A stretch of 64,000 nucleotides of DNA, taken from NCBI RefSeq assembly GCF_902713615.1, contig NC_052171.1, positions 15,349,952 to 15,413,951 of the forward strand, written 5' to 3'. The translations under genes were made by a program, and so were the position numbers. The stretch is from Scyliorhinus canicula (taxonomy: Eukaryota). Shown in pieces: positions 24,256-36,196 of this stretch; within the stretch, counting starts at the first letter, position 1; every line of letters starts with the position of its first letter. A model generated the notes under the pieces. It saw nothing but the letters and a program-made list of their open reading frames with translations, did not search any database and was not told where the DNA came from.

Positions 24256-25069
24256 TTTGAAACAAACCTGTTGGACTTTAACCTGGTGTTGTAAGACTTC
24301 TTACTGTGCTCACCCCAGTCCAACGCCGGCATCTCCACATCATGGCTATTATGGACGATAAGGGACTAGTGTAGAGGGACTTTAGAAGGGTTTCACAGGA
24401 CGGTGCAACATCGTGGGCCTAAGGGCCTGTACTGCGCTGTAATGTTCTATGTTCTAAGGATGTCACATTTGCCCGCACCGTTCTGGCCATTGCAATTCAA
24501 AAGCATCATGAGGTGCTACATAAATGGCTTCTCAACACTGTTAAGGGATTGCACCTAAATTCACAGAAGAGCAAATTCTGGGGAGCTGCGGGAAGCAGGG
24601 CTCTTTGAAATTTACTTTCGAGAAATTAACGGCCTTAATGAGGGATGTGACAAGAAAACGTAATGGTCGGAGAATGAAAGCAAGAACCTCAAAAGATCAA
24701 AATGCCTTGAATAAATAAGGACATGAAAAAACAAGCGGCTCGGGGTTGGACTAAAGTCAGCTGAAGATCATCGGAAGAAATACGAGAAGAGATACGAGGA
24801 CGATAGAAAGTTTAATTATGAACAGCCGTCAAATACATCCCGTTTTTAAAAGGTGTTAGCTGATCTGTCAGTAATTCGGCAAAGCTATTTTCCAAAATGA
24901 TGTGCTGACTTTAGCACATGCATTCACACAGCTCCTTAAAATGTCAAGGCATCAAACCATGTTTCACCTAATGAATTATTCTGGCAACATCAAATCATTA
25001 CACACACAATGGGTTGTGTTATTGTTAAGGTACAGTTGGACGTAATTGGGACTGCATTTCACAGTGTAT

Positions 25070-25330
25070 TTCAAAGTATTTACAGCACAGAAAGAGGCCA
25101 TTTGCTCCGATATGTCTTTGCTTGTGCTCCAGATGAGCCCCCCCCCCCCCCCCCCCACTCCCCGCAACCCTTTATCTATATATCCTTCTATTCCTTTCTC
25201 CTTCACACATTTATCTGGAATGCACTCAAGCCATTGGGCTCTCTGCGGCAAAAGTGTTTCAAATCTTCGCCACTCTCTAGGTGAAGAAGCTTTTCCTGAA
25301 TTTCTGATTGGGTCCCTGTCAGTGGCCATT
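25070..25330 (-). mobile_element. CR1 LINE 3' fragment
   Basis: CR1 tail and ORF2 end remnants (IRNSGKASSPRE). Confidence 0.65.
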
Positions 25331-25382
25331 TCTATAGCCACGACCCCTAGCCCTGGCCTTGCCCGCCAGATGGAAACACCTT

Positions 25383-25602
25383 GGGGGCGATTCTCCAATA
25401 TGGAACCCAAGTGTTCGCGCCGTCGTAAATGCCATCGTGTTTCACGACAGCGCAAACCGGGCCCTGGCACGACCAATTCTGGCCCCCAAACGCGCCGGCG
25501 CAAATGGTGGCAATTCTCCGCACCTCGGAGTATCGCACGTAGGCGTCAAGCTGCCATTGCGGCGATTCTCCGGCACGGCGTGGGACTCGGAGAATCGCCC
25601 CC
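25383..25602. mobile_element. Short Harbinger-type MITE
   Basis: TIR gggggcgattctcc / ggagaatcgccccc. Confidence 0.8.
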
Positions 25603-25865
25603 CCCCTTCTCTGCACCAAGGCCTTCAAACCCCGGCTCAGAATCTGAAAAACCTTGATCACCAATCAGCCTTTTCTTTTCTGGGGGAAACCCTCTTGAAA
25701 CGCAGAGGTCGGACGGTGACCTGACGCACCCTGGGGGGTCAGTCAGAGGGGAAAATGGTCATGCAAAGTGAAGAAAAGTATGTCTCCCCTGGAGGAAGTG
25801 AGTGACTGGCTGTCTTTCCCTTTGCAGAGTGACACCCACTGGGTTGTGTGTCTTGCTCCATCACT

Positions 25866-25972
25866 GAAAAATGAAAATCGCTTTATTGTCACGAGTAGGC
25901 TTCAATGAAGTTACTGTGAAAAGCCCCTAGTCGCCACATTCCGGCGCCTGTCCGGGGAGGCTGGTACGGGAC
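25866..25972 (-). mobile_element. SINE family D, 5'-truncated
   Basis: Matches the 3' half of 4244-4436. Confidence 0.8.
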
Positions 25973-27351
25973 TGTGCGGTCAGTCCCACATTAACCCTAT
26001 AAGTACCAGACCCGACAACGACAGATAGCATGTGGTTTTGGAAAGAACAGGCTTGAAGTGCTGATAGACCTTTTAATTCCATGGTTCTTTACGATGTTGC
26101 TCAAGGGAGCTGGGCACAGCAAAGGAAACTTCATGGTCTTGCTCGCGCATTTGCAAGTGCAGGCAGTGGGAGCATCATCTCGGAAAATCTTTGCATGCAA
26201 GCATGCATCTTGCACCCGCGAACCATTGGGCCGCCATCTCCCCCAACCCATTGCAAAAAAAAAGAACCCCGATTCCACATTTAATTGTAAGATGACTTTT
26301 TTAACATGGGCCTCATAATGGAAAATGTGAATGTTGTGGGAACTGGTGAGGAGTCCAAGACATCAGAAACGGTGGCTATAATAGTCAGTAGAATTATGGC
26401 AATTATCCAATTAAGTTTTACCAGATGATTAGGTAATAGAGAGTAAATTGTCCAAAACGCTCAAAGAATAATTCAATGGAAAGTTGCTCCCTTTTGTGAT
26501 CATGTAGTCTGAGAAAGGTTAACTGGAAAGTTATTTATATTTAGATTTGGGCCATGATATTCGAGATTAGAGTTGTTCCGAAGCGTATATATTTATTTCA
26601 GTTGCAACAGGAAGTAGCCAACTTGAAGCGCAAAGATCTCCAGAGTGGAGAAGGTACTGAATAATTACAAATCTCTGGAGGATCCTGGAGCACGTCCAGC
26701 TCCGCTCTGAAAAGGTTCTAACTTTGGCCTCAAAACTTTAGGTTTATGAACTGACCCGTATTTCAAGCATCATTGTCAATCACCCTGCCAATCTGAATGG
26801 TGCCGTGGCGTTTCTGTGGAGGCGGTTGCTTCATCGCAACTTGCTCTGTTCCGAGATAACACCTGACCCTCTGTCTTCCAAATCTCCCCCAACCCATTAG
26901 TCGTTGAACGCTAAGTCAACAGAAAGGCGTCTGTCACTTGAAATGCTGCAAGGACGAGGTCGACAAGGCAAGGTTTCAATGTTTAGCTGACGAATGAAGC
27001 CACGTTCACAGTAGAAAGTCTGAAACAAAATATCAACAAAGTATAAAGAGACAAGAGTATCAAATGAAAGCTTTCTGCCGAAATGGAAGCGTTCAAAGCA
27101 TTTGGTTTCAACTGCCCTGGAATCTTTAGCCTGAAAGTACCTCACAGTTATGAAGTCTGACTTGCGCTCCCAAGGAATTCAATTTTCATTTCGTTTTGTA
27201 CGAAGAGATAAAGTCTCCAGCCAAATACAATGCAGCAAAAATTACAGTTCAGGAATCTGAATGAAGTCAATTGAGAGTGACAGCAAGTTGCTGTTGAACA
27301 GGATAATTTACACTCACGTTGTCATATATTCCTAATCAAACCAGGATGTTG

Positions 27352-27686
27352 TCATAGAATTTACAGTGAAGGAGGCCATTCGGCCCATCGAGTTTGCACC
27401 GGCTCTTGGAAAGAGCACCCTACCCAAGGTCAACACCTCCACCCTATCCCCATAACCCCACCCAACACTAAGGGCAATTTTGGACACTAAGGGCAATTTA
27501 TCATGGCCAATCCACCAAACCTGCACATCTTTGGACTGTGGGAGGAAACCGGAGCACCCGGAGAAAACCCACGCACACACGGGGAGGATGCGCAGACTCC
27601 GCACAGACAGTGACCCAGCCGGGAATCGAACCTGGGATCCTGGAGCTGTGAAGCAATTATGCTATCCACAATGCTACCGTGCTGCC
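27352..27686 (-). mobile_element. HE1-like V-SINE, tail type B
   Basis: Full-length copy. Confidence 0.9.
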
Positions 27687-28134
27687 ACAAGAGGTGGTGT
27701 CTTAAGCTTGTGGATGCAAGATAAAATGCAACATAAAATTGACAGGAGGTTGGCCCTTCCCGTTGGTGGGATCTTCCTATCATGCTGATGGTGACCCCCC
27801 ATCCCCCCTCCGCGGCGTGGTCCCTGGAGGCGCAGGATGTGGGGTGGACAAAACTCTGTAGTCGCCGGTGGCACCAGAAGATTTGGCCGCCGGCCAAGGG
27901 CCGCCTCCATCGCCGGGAAATACGCCATGGGGTGGGGGGCTGGAAAATCCCACCCATTGTCTTTGCGAGAGAGAGTGATCTGAAGACTGGAGCAATCCAA
28001 AAAACCCACCGCGTGATCCTGAAAAACTCAATATGGGAAATACACCAGTGTTACACCCTGGATCAAAGATTTAGAATGGGGATCACTTCAGCAAAGGAGG
28101 GAGACTCGCCATGTTCGGTAAACTACGGAATGAG

Positions 28135-28800
28135 CACAAACTACAGAGTTGTGAACACAGCGCAATCTATCACACAAACCTGCCTCCCATCCATTGTGTC
28201 TGTCTATATCTCCCTCTGCCTGGGGAAAGTGGGCAGCAGGGTAGCATGGTGGTTAGCATAAATGCTTCACAGCTCCAGGGTCCCAGGTTCAATTCCCGGC
28301 TGGGTCACTGTCTGTGTGGAGTCTGCACGTCCTCCCCCTGTTTGCGTGGGTTTCCTCCGGGTGCTCCGGTTTCCTCCCACAGTCCAAAGATGTGCGGGTT
28401 AGGTGGATTGGCCATGATAAATTGCCCGTAGTGTCCTAAAAAAAAGTAACGTTAAGAGGGGGGTTGTTGGGTTGCGGGTGTAGGGTGGATACGTGGGTTT
28501 GAGTAGGGTGATCATGGCTCGGCACAACATTGAGGGCCGAAGGGCCTGTTCTGTGCTGTACTGTTCTATGTTCTATAATCAAAGGCCCCTCCCATCCGAG
28601 GTATTCTCCCTTCCAACCTCTTCCATCAGGCAGAAGATACGTCTGAGAACACGCACTAATGGATTAAAATTTCTGTGTCTATGTTTTTACGTTGTGTATT
28701 TATCGTATGTCCTATGTTTTCATGTATGGCACGATCTGTCTGGACTGTATGCAGAACAATACTTTTCACAGCACCTCGGTACACGGGACAATAAACCCAA
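28135..28800 (+). mobile_element. Rex1/Babar-like LINE 3' fragment split by a SINE
   Basis: KLQ.VVNTAQSITQT.LPSI before the SINE and LPSGRR-like segment after it. Confidence 0.55.
28231..28575 (+). mobile_element. HE1-like V-SINE, tail type A
   Basis: Full-length copy. Confidence 0.9.
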
Positions 28801-28934
28801 ATCTAAGTACCTGGTGCCCTCCAGCAATAACAAAATGCAAAGTAGCCATTCACACCAACTGCAAAGACCATCTGCAGCATTCTCAGTTGGTGGGATCTTA
28901 CGGAATGCCGGCAGTGCACTGACGTCCGTCGGTT

Positions 28935-29260
28935 TCTTGATGGCGTGGGGTTGCTAAAATGGGAAACCCCATTGGCCGGCTGCGGGAACGGAGAATCTCG
29001 CTGCTGGCAGGGGTGCACCGTGCCTGAAAATGTGGCTGGCAGACCGGATAACCCCACCCCATTTGTTGCCAGGACAGTGGCCGGAACTCTCTGGCCGTTG
29101 CCTGGTGGCCCCGCCCACAGGTCTCCCGGCAGTGTGGGGTGACTCCGATGGGAAATCCCATTGAGAATAGTGTGAGCAAAGATTCCCGCTACCTGGGAAA
29201 GGTGCACCGCCCCCTGCTGCCGAACAAACACATGACTGGGTTGTCGGAGAATCTTGCCCA
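28935..29260. mobile_element. Degenerate Harbinger-type MITE
   Basis: Ends in ggagaatcttgccc (TIR family shared with other MITEs); GC-rich. Confidence 0.5.
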
Positions 29261-30202
29261 AATGTATTAACAATCCTGCCTCCAAGGACAATCCCACAAT
29301 GGAACAAGCTGCTGAAGGAAACAGTCACAGGCCCATCACATTGGACGAATATCTGTCCATCCGCAAAGACGTCGTGCCAGCCAGTTACATATCAAACTGA
29401 TTGTGAGACTAGACATTTTGAAAATCAAACCACCTCACCGTGTCTCCCTGTCTACCCCCTGTGTTCTCCAAGGGTGAGTGGCACAATAGTGTATTCACTG
29501 TAAAGTAGCTCTCTGGAGGTCATTGACCTTTTTTCAGAATTGGGTGCAGTTTTGCTTGTGGACCCCCACGGGTGCAAACGCCCTGTCATGATCTCCATCC
29601 ATCCTTTCATTAGGCAAAAGGAGCTCATGCTGCCATCACTGGGAAGCAGGACTCCTGAGGGCATCAAGCATTGTAAGAGTGTGAGTGGCGTGGGATGCCA
29701 GACAGGAGTTTGGGTTCCAGGCCTCAGCATTAGGTGGAATATGTGGACTTTGCGCTGTCAAGATTGAAAACAATCTACTTAACAGCGGGGTGATATTAAT
29801 TATAATCGGCCTTATTCTCTCAAAGGGTTTTGGTGTCCATGAGGTGATATTCAATTGTTCTGACCATGTGTACGGACAACTGAATGTATCACATCAGGAA
29901 TGCGCCAAGACTAGTGGCGGAATACCTGATGTTCACCCCTGCAGAGTATGTGGGCTGTGGATCTCACAGGGCTGGAAGGCAGAGATTCAGTTGCAGACAG
30001 GGAGGCCGGAGGTTCAAGACAACACAGTAAGGACACCTCCAAGCTGGTTCTGAGGCCCAGGCATACAGTTGACATGCATGATACAGTACTGCATGCACAA
30101 CGACAAGCTAACTTTGTGTTCTCCGCCACAGGTCCTCTCGGCCATGAGACCTGTTGAATGCGCTCTGCAGAAATCCAGAATTCCACCTCTGATGAGGGGC
30201 CT

Positions 30203-30519
30203 CACGGTAGCATGGTGGTTAGCATCAATGCTTCACAGCTCCAGGGTCCCAGGTTCGATTCCCGGCTGGGTCACTGTCTGTGTGGAGTCTGCACATCCTC
30301 CCTGTGTGTGCGTGGGTTTCCTCCGGGTGCTCCGGTTTCCTCCCACAGTCCAAAGATGTGCAGGTTAGGTGGATTGGCCATTCTAAATTGCCCGTAGTGT
30401 AAGGTTAATGGGGGGATTGTTGGGATACGGGTTACGTGGGTTTAAGTAGGGTGATCATTGCTCGGCACAACATCGAGGGCCGAAGGGCCTGTTCTGTGCT
30501 GTACTGTTCTATGCTCTAT
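30203..30519 (+). mobile_element. HE1-like V-SINE, tail type A
   Basis: Near full-length copy. Confidence 0.9.
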
Positions 30520-30734
30520 GGGAATAACAGGGAGCACTCGGAGTGTGCACCACCACACCATTCCGTTGTACCCTCCAGCGGCTTAGGGACGGTCACCTTG
30601 GTGGGCATGTGTTCGTGATTACGATTAAAGACCCAATGCGCCGAGCAAATCACAGACACCTTACAGCATTTGATGGGGGGGGGGGGGGGTGAATGGCAGC
30701 CAAGGTCACTGTCACACGGGGGACCGCTGAGGAC

Positions 30735-31187
30735 GGTTGTGTTCTGCTTCTTCATGTAGCACAAACTGCTTCCTTGATGTATGCTCTGACAAAGGAAGGT
30801 TCCGACTTGGAGATAGGTTTCACACATTTATTGAACAGTTAACAATTCTCCTATTTGAGTTCGACTCTCCTGCTGAGCTTACTATAGTAACTCAATCTAA
30901 TTAAACAGTCTGCTCTAAGCCATGAGGTGGGTGTGATGCTTCCCACCTCCCCATGTCGCCTGCGGAAAGAGAAAGAGGCTGTGTGCCCTGGCCTTTTATA
31001 TGGGTTGCCCCCTGGTGGTACTGTCACCTCTGGATGTCTTGACTGCCCATTGGTCATGTCCCAGTCTATGTGTTCACTAGCTGTATGTCTGCATATCATG
31101 ATGTCTCTGGTGCTCCCTCTAGTGTTTCTCAGTCCTAGTGCAACTACATTAACCCCTTGTGTATTTACAGTGATGCATATCACCACA
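30735..31187 (-). mobile_element. Solo LTR (family X)
   Basis: 5-bp TSD aggac (30730-30734, 31188-31192); minus strand starts tgtggtgatatgc and has TATA and AATAAA; homologous to 43412-43886. Confidence 0.9.
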
Positions 31188-31779
31188 AGGACCAGGCCAA
31201 TGCTGAACCTCGTGCTGATAGTAGTCCTCTGCGATCGTCTGCTGGAAACCTGCTGGGGATCTTTCAAGTTGCAGGAGTGTGCTGGTAATTATTGGGTTCA
31301 ACACTAAAGGAAGAGGGTTTAAACTGACGTAATGAGCTGCATCGACTGTTGAGCAAAATGAGCGTACCTGGAGCCTGGTTTGCCCGTCCTTTAGAATCTG
31401 GGGGCTGGAGCCGAGCTCAAATGGAAAATATGTAGAAGCTTCGAAAGAACCAGATCTAATGGTCTTGCTCCCTCTGGTGGACGCCAGAACCACGTGAATG
31501 TTGTTTTCAGGGAACAGGCACACTGGAAATGCAAGGCAACTGAGATAGCATCAGCATGTTGGAATAGACAAGTTATTGAGGAACAATATCTGCTGCCTTA
31601 ATCATGCTTCTTATTAGCTTAACAAATAAAAGCAGCACCAGAGATTGTTGAGGTTGTTCTCCTTCAGAGCAGCGAAAGCGAAGGGGTGATTGGAGAGAGA
31701 TGTTCAAAATCGCACAGGACTTCCGTGGGGGTAAATTGGAAACAATTGTTCCGGGGGCATCTGCAACCAGAGGTCACAG

Positions 31780-32105
31780 GTTTGCAGGTAATGGGCAGAA
31801 GAAATAGAGTGGCGACGAGGAGAATCATTTTCTGCGCAGAAGGAGATGTGCTTTTTCTGGCAAAGCTTGTAACCTGGAAAGCCCTGTGTGTAAATGCGGT
31901 GGAAATGGATCCAGCTGCGACTGTCAAAAGGGAATTGGACAAGTACTTGGGGGCAGGGGGGGAGGGGGGGGGGGAGGCGCATGGAGGGAGGTTCGGCAGG
32001 GCTGCGCTGATTCATGGTGCTTGACAAACTGGACATCCCCTTCAACGGCCCAGCATAGGCATGATGAGCTGAATATCCACCTTCTGACCTGCATTGTTCT
32101 GTTAT
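31780..32105 (+). mobile_element. CR1 LINE 3' fragment (old)
   Basis: RRIIFCAE...WKALCVNAVE...KRELDKYL. Confidence 0.7.
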
Positions 32106-32372
32106 TCTCAGGGGAAGTTAACGTTCTTTGCACTGTAAGTAATTAATATAAATATGGTTCATGTGATTTTTCTGGACGGCGCAAGGTAATGGAGAAGAAT
32201 CTTTTGGTTTTGCCGCATGTAACTTGCCCCGTTTCATATCTCGAATCGTCTCTCGGGAGATAATAGGGTTGTTTGATGGGTTTCGGCTGTTTAGCTTGAT
32301 TTTTCAGACATTGGAGAGCCAAAGGCGACACAAGTTCAAAACGTGTCTGCAAGGTGCGTGGTTACGATCTGG

Positions 32373-32686
32373 AATCATAGAATTTACAGTGTAGAAGGAG
32401 GCCATTTGGCCCATTATGTCTGCACCGGCCCTTGGAAAGACCACCCTACATAAGCCTCCACCCTCCCCGTAACACAGTCACCCCACCCAACCTTTTTGGA
32501 CACTAAAGGCAATTTATCATGGCCAATCCACCCAACCTGCACATCTTTGGACTGTGGGAGGAAACCAGAGCAGCTGGAGGAAACCCACACAGACACGGGG
32601 AGAACGTGCAGACTCCGCACAGACAGTGACCCAAGCGGGAATTGAACCTGGGGCCCTGGAGCTGTGAAGCAACTGTGCTACCGTGC
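32373..32686 (-). mobile_element. HE1-like V-SINE, tail type B
   Basis: Core and tail match. Confidence 0.85.
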
Positions 32687-34320
32687 CTGGGAGAGTGGTG
32701 GAGGGAGAACCGATCGTGGCTTCCAAAACGGAACTGGGCAAAGTACCGAACAGGATTGCAAGGCCATGGGGAAAGGTTGATGGAGTGATGCTCGTTAAAT
32801 TGTTGTCATAGAGAGTCAGCATAGGCTTGGTGGGCCGAGAGCCCTCCTTCTCTGCTGTCACCACTCTCTGATTTCAATGGTTCCGAAAAATCTGCAGCGG
32901 CTGTTATGCTGGTGAAGCCAACAGGCTCATGTTCCTGTTGCATCAACTCCACCTGCTGCTTGAACACATACACTGCAGAAAGCTTTGCCAGAAAAAGCAC
33001 ATCTCCTTCTGCAGCCCATGTCCTCAGCTTGATTGCAGCCTAATGAAGTTGTGGTGTCGTTGAGCTCAGGAGGTGTATGCATGTGATGTTCCGTTCTGCA
33101 AATATACGGGAAAGTAAGTGAAGATTGGTTCCGGTACCATCCTCCATCATCTGGCTTTCTGGCGTCCGACAGTTGTCAGTGTTTGCTGGGTTTGCTGATC
33201 TCAGCTGGGTTGGTGAGTAGAATGTTGCGCTTGACATTAGTGTGTTTGGTGTAGGTTGGGAAAATACAATCCTGTTTCACACTCCTCAACATCTGGTGAA
33301 ATCATGTCCACGGGCTATAGTGTCGTGGGATAATACAGTTAAGGGCAACCTCGGCTAGGGAGTGGGCCACATGAATATCCCACCCTCAACTCAGTGGGCT
33401 GCAAGAGTGACTTGTTCACTAACTATGACCCTTGAATTTGACAGCCAATGTTGTGAGCAATCAGCACGCACCTCACTTCACTTGCCCTTGTTTTATCTGT
33501 GTCCAGTTATGCAGGTAGGAAAAAAGGGAGTGGATGGAAACCAGCAGAATGTGACAACTCTGTGCACGGGCAACTGTCAACACATTGTCTCGTGGGCCAC
33601 ACTCGGAACCCAGTTGGGCCGCATTTCATGTGCTAGACCCGTGAGACAAGATGTGAAACACTGTACTCGGGAGAGGCATACCTACTGTGTAACCTGTTTA
33701 TATGGGTGTTGAAAAACTATGTTGAAAAACTGGTTCAAAGCAAGTATTAGAGTAAGACCAGTCTCCCCAGGGAAGATCTGTTACACATACCACAGGAGCC
33801 AGGAACCATACCAAGAATAGACCGAATATAGCACAATGTATGGTAGCAGAGGTGGTGAAGCCAACCTCGCCACAGAGTGGCGCCATCGACACAAGTAAAG
33901 GAAAACCTGGTATCAGCTTGGACTTGGAATCCTACCACAGGAAGAGGCATGCTGGAGAGGTAACTATGTCTTTACCGGAGAGCAGTGACATCCCCCATTT
34001 ATGATGGACTGGAAGAGAGGCCAGAGGTGTGAGTTATGGAAGAGGTACTTGCCCCAATATGGAGCCTTTGTACGAAGGAGCAGGAGCATAAAGTCAGTCT
34101 GTTTCCTTCTGTTTTGGGTCAAAGAGCTGATGACATTCTCCTGTGGCAGGGGGTTGGAGGGTCACATTTCCAAACCTATTTCCAGGGGTGTGAATCAATT
34201 GATGCTCATGCTTCAGCCCCAACTGAAAATAGTCTTCCCACAAGAGATGGTCTTCAGCAGAGAATCTTCAGAGCTTCTAAACCTCCAGGATCCTGCGCAA
34301 GAAATTTGTCAACACAAGTG

Positions 34321-34656
34321 GGGCGGCATGGTGGCACAGTGGTTAGCACTGCTGCCTCACAGCTCCAGGGTCTCGGGTTCGATTCCCACCTTGGGTGTGG
34401 AGTTTGTATGTTCTCCCCGTGCCTGCGTGGGTTTCCTCCGGGTGCTCCGGTTTCCTCCCAAGGTCCAAAGATGTGCAAGTTAGGTGGATTGGCTGTGCTA
34501 AATTTCCCTTGGTGTCCAAAAAAGTTAGGTGGGGTTACTGGGTTACGGAGATAGGGTGGAGGCATGGGCTTAAGTAGGGAGCTCTTTTCAAGGGCCAGTG
34601 CAGACTTGAAGGGCGGAATGGCCTCCTTCTGCGCTGTAAATTCTATGATTCTATGA
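34321..34656 (+). mobile_element. HE1-like V-SINE, tail type B
   Basis: Head, core and tail match. Confidence 0.85.
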
Positions 34657-34680
34657 AAATTCATCTTCATGCTGCCTTAG

Positions 34681-35048
34681 TGAGGCAATGGTATCATGGT
34701 ATTGTCATCGGATTAGTAATGCAGAGACCCAGGGGAATGCTCCGGCGAGCCAGGTTCAATTCCCACCATGGCTGATTGTGAAATTTGATATTCTGAGTCT
34801 AATAATGACCATGAAACCATGGTTGATTGTCATAAAAACACATCCGGTTCACGAATGCTCTTCAGGGAAGGAAACTTGCCTTCCTTTCCTGGTCTGGCTG
34901 ACATGTGGCTCCAGATCCACAAAAATGTGGTTGATTCTCAAATAGCCTTTTCAGTGGCCCAGCAATCCAAGGGTAATTAGAAATGAGCAGTAAATGCTGG
35001 CCCAGCCAGCGATGCCAATATCCCACGAAAGGATAATAATTTTAAAAA
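34681..35048 (+). mobile_element. Older tRNA-derived SINE with LINE-derived tail
   Basis: B-box-like ggttcaattccc; tail gggtaattag...aaatgctggcccagccagcgatgcc shared with the LINE end at ~45800 and fragments at ~3470, 22990, 46920, 57720. Confidence 0.6.
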
Positions 35049-36196
35049 ATTCAATTCTTCCCCTTTCCCATGGTGGAACATACTCACATTGATAAAAGTG
35101 TTGCAATGTTGCAACCGCCTGCAGAAAGCAAACATTCTTTCCAAAATACCTGCGGAAAATCATTCCTGACAGGAACGTGGTCGTTTTTTTTTTCATGTTG
35201 TCCAGGTTTGGCAGAATCTCTGATCTTCCATACCCATTTTGTGTTCGATGCAGCACTGAATGACATGGCTGTGAGAATCTTCACTGGAGTTGAAGATCTC
35301 TTTATCTTCTCAGATCTTTCTCCATTTAGGCTCAGGGGGAAGCAGAAGGTTCGTGAAAGATCTTGAAGTGATTCTCTACCAGTCCTAGAGAGTTGAGAGA
35401 TGTTGATGTTCTTCAGTCTTGTCCCTTTCATCAGATGTTTGTTGACAAGGGGTGCAGTTAAGCAGTGCAAAACCCGATCACGCCAAAGAGAATCACACTT
35501 TTCGATTCTCTCCAGATTTTGAGCCTGTGCGAGTTTCTCACGGATGGAGTCAGGGGCTCAAAATCACCCCCACAGTTTCATATAGTAGTAAAGAAGTCAA
35601 TAGAGTCTTTGTGGAGAAGTGCAGTGACATGGGTTTATAGAATAGCTAAGCTAATGAGTGATGTGGACGATTGTATGAGCGACATCTGACTTCCTGGAGT
35701 CAAACAATTTTAAATCGGTGCTAAGTGATGGAACCATCAATTCACCAGACACGTGTTTCCGATGTGAATCTAGGCTTTAATCGACTTACTTCAGAGCCAG
35801 CCTGTTACCTGTCAATGAACTCGTAGTGAACTCAGGCTGACTCTGGACAAGGGTATTTATACAGCTGCACTAGGGGGAGGAGTCGTGGGCGGAGCCCAGT
35901 ACAAATTCCTGAGTACTCCCAGCGCTACTCCCCCTCGTGGTAGGATAGTGCTATTGTGCTTACAAAGACAGTGTGAATTAACATATATACATCTATATTA
36001 CAATCACCACATTCACCCCCTGCAAAAAATCAAGTCCGGCGGGGGTGGTGGTCTAGTCTATAAAGTCAGTCTGTCCGGTGGTCGAATTGTCCGCTGAGAT
36101 CTGCGGAGCACCGGGGTTGCAGCCTCTTGCGGTGGCTAGATGGGTATAGTGTGCTGGGGTACGATGGCGGACTCCAGGGAGGGTTGTATCCGAGCT

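Larger units (their letters stand above)
23090..24345. mobile_element. 5'-truncated Penelope-like retroelement arranged as an inverted repeat
   Basis: Arms 23090-23691 and 23699-24307, 7-nt loop, 38-nt single-copy tail, TSD ctattatggac (23081-23091, 24346-24356); GIY-YIG coding sequence. Confidence 0.95.

Noticed and set aside
26601-26652. Possible plus-strand exon (LQQEVANLKRKDLQSGE) between tttcag and gtactg
   Set aside because: Weak donor, no recognised protein and no partner exons; needs RNA-seq
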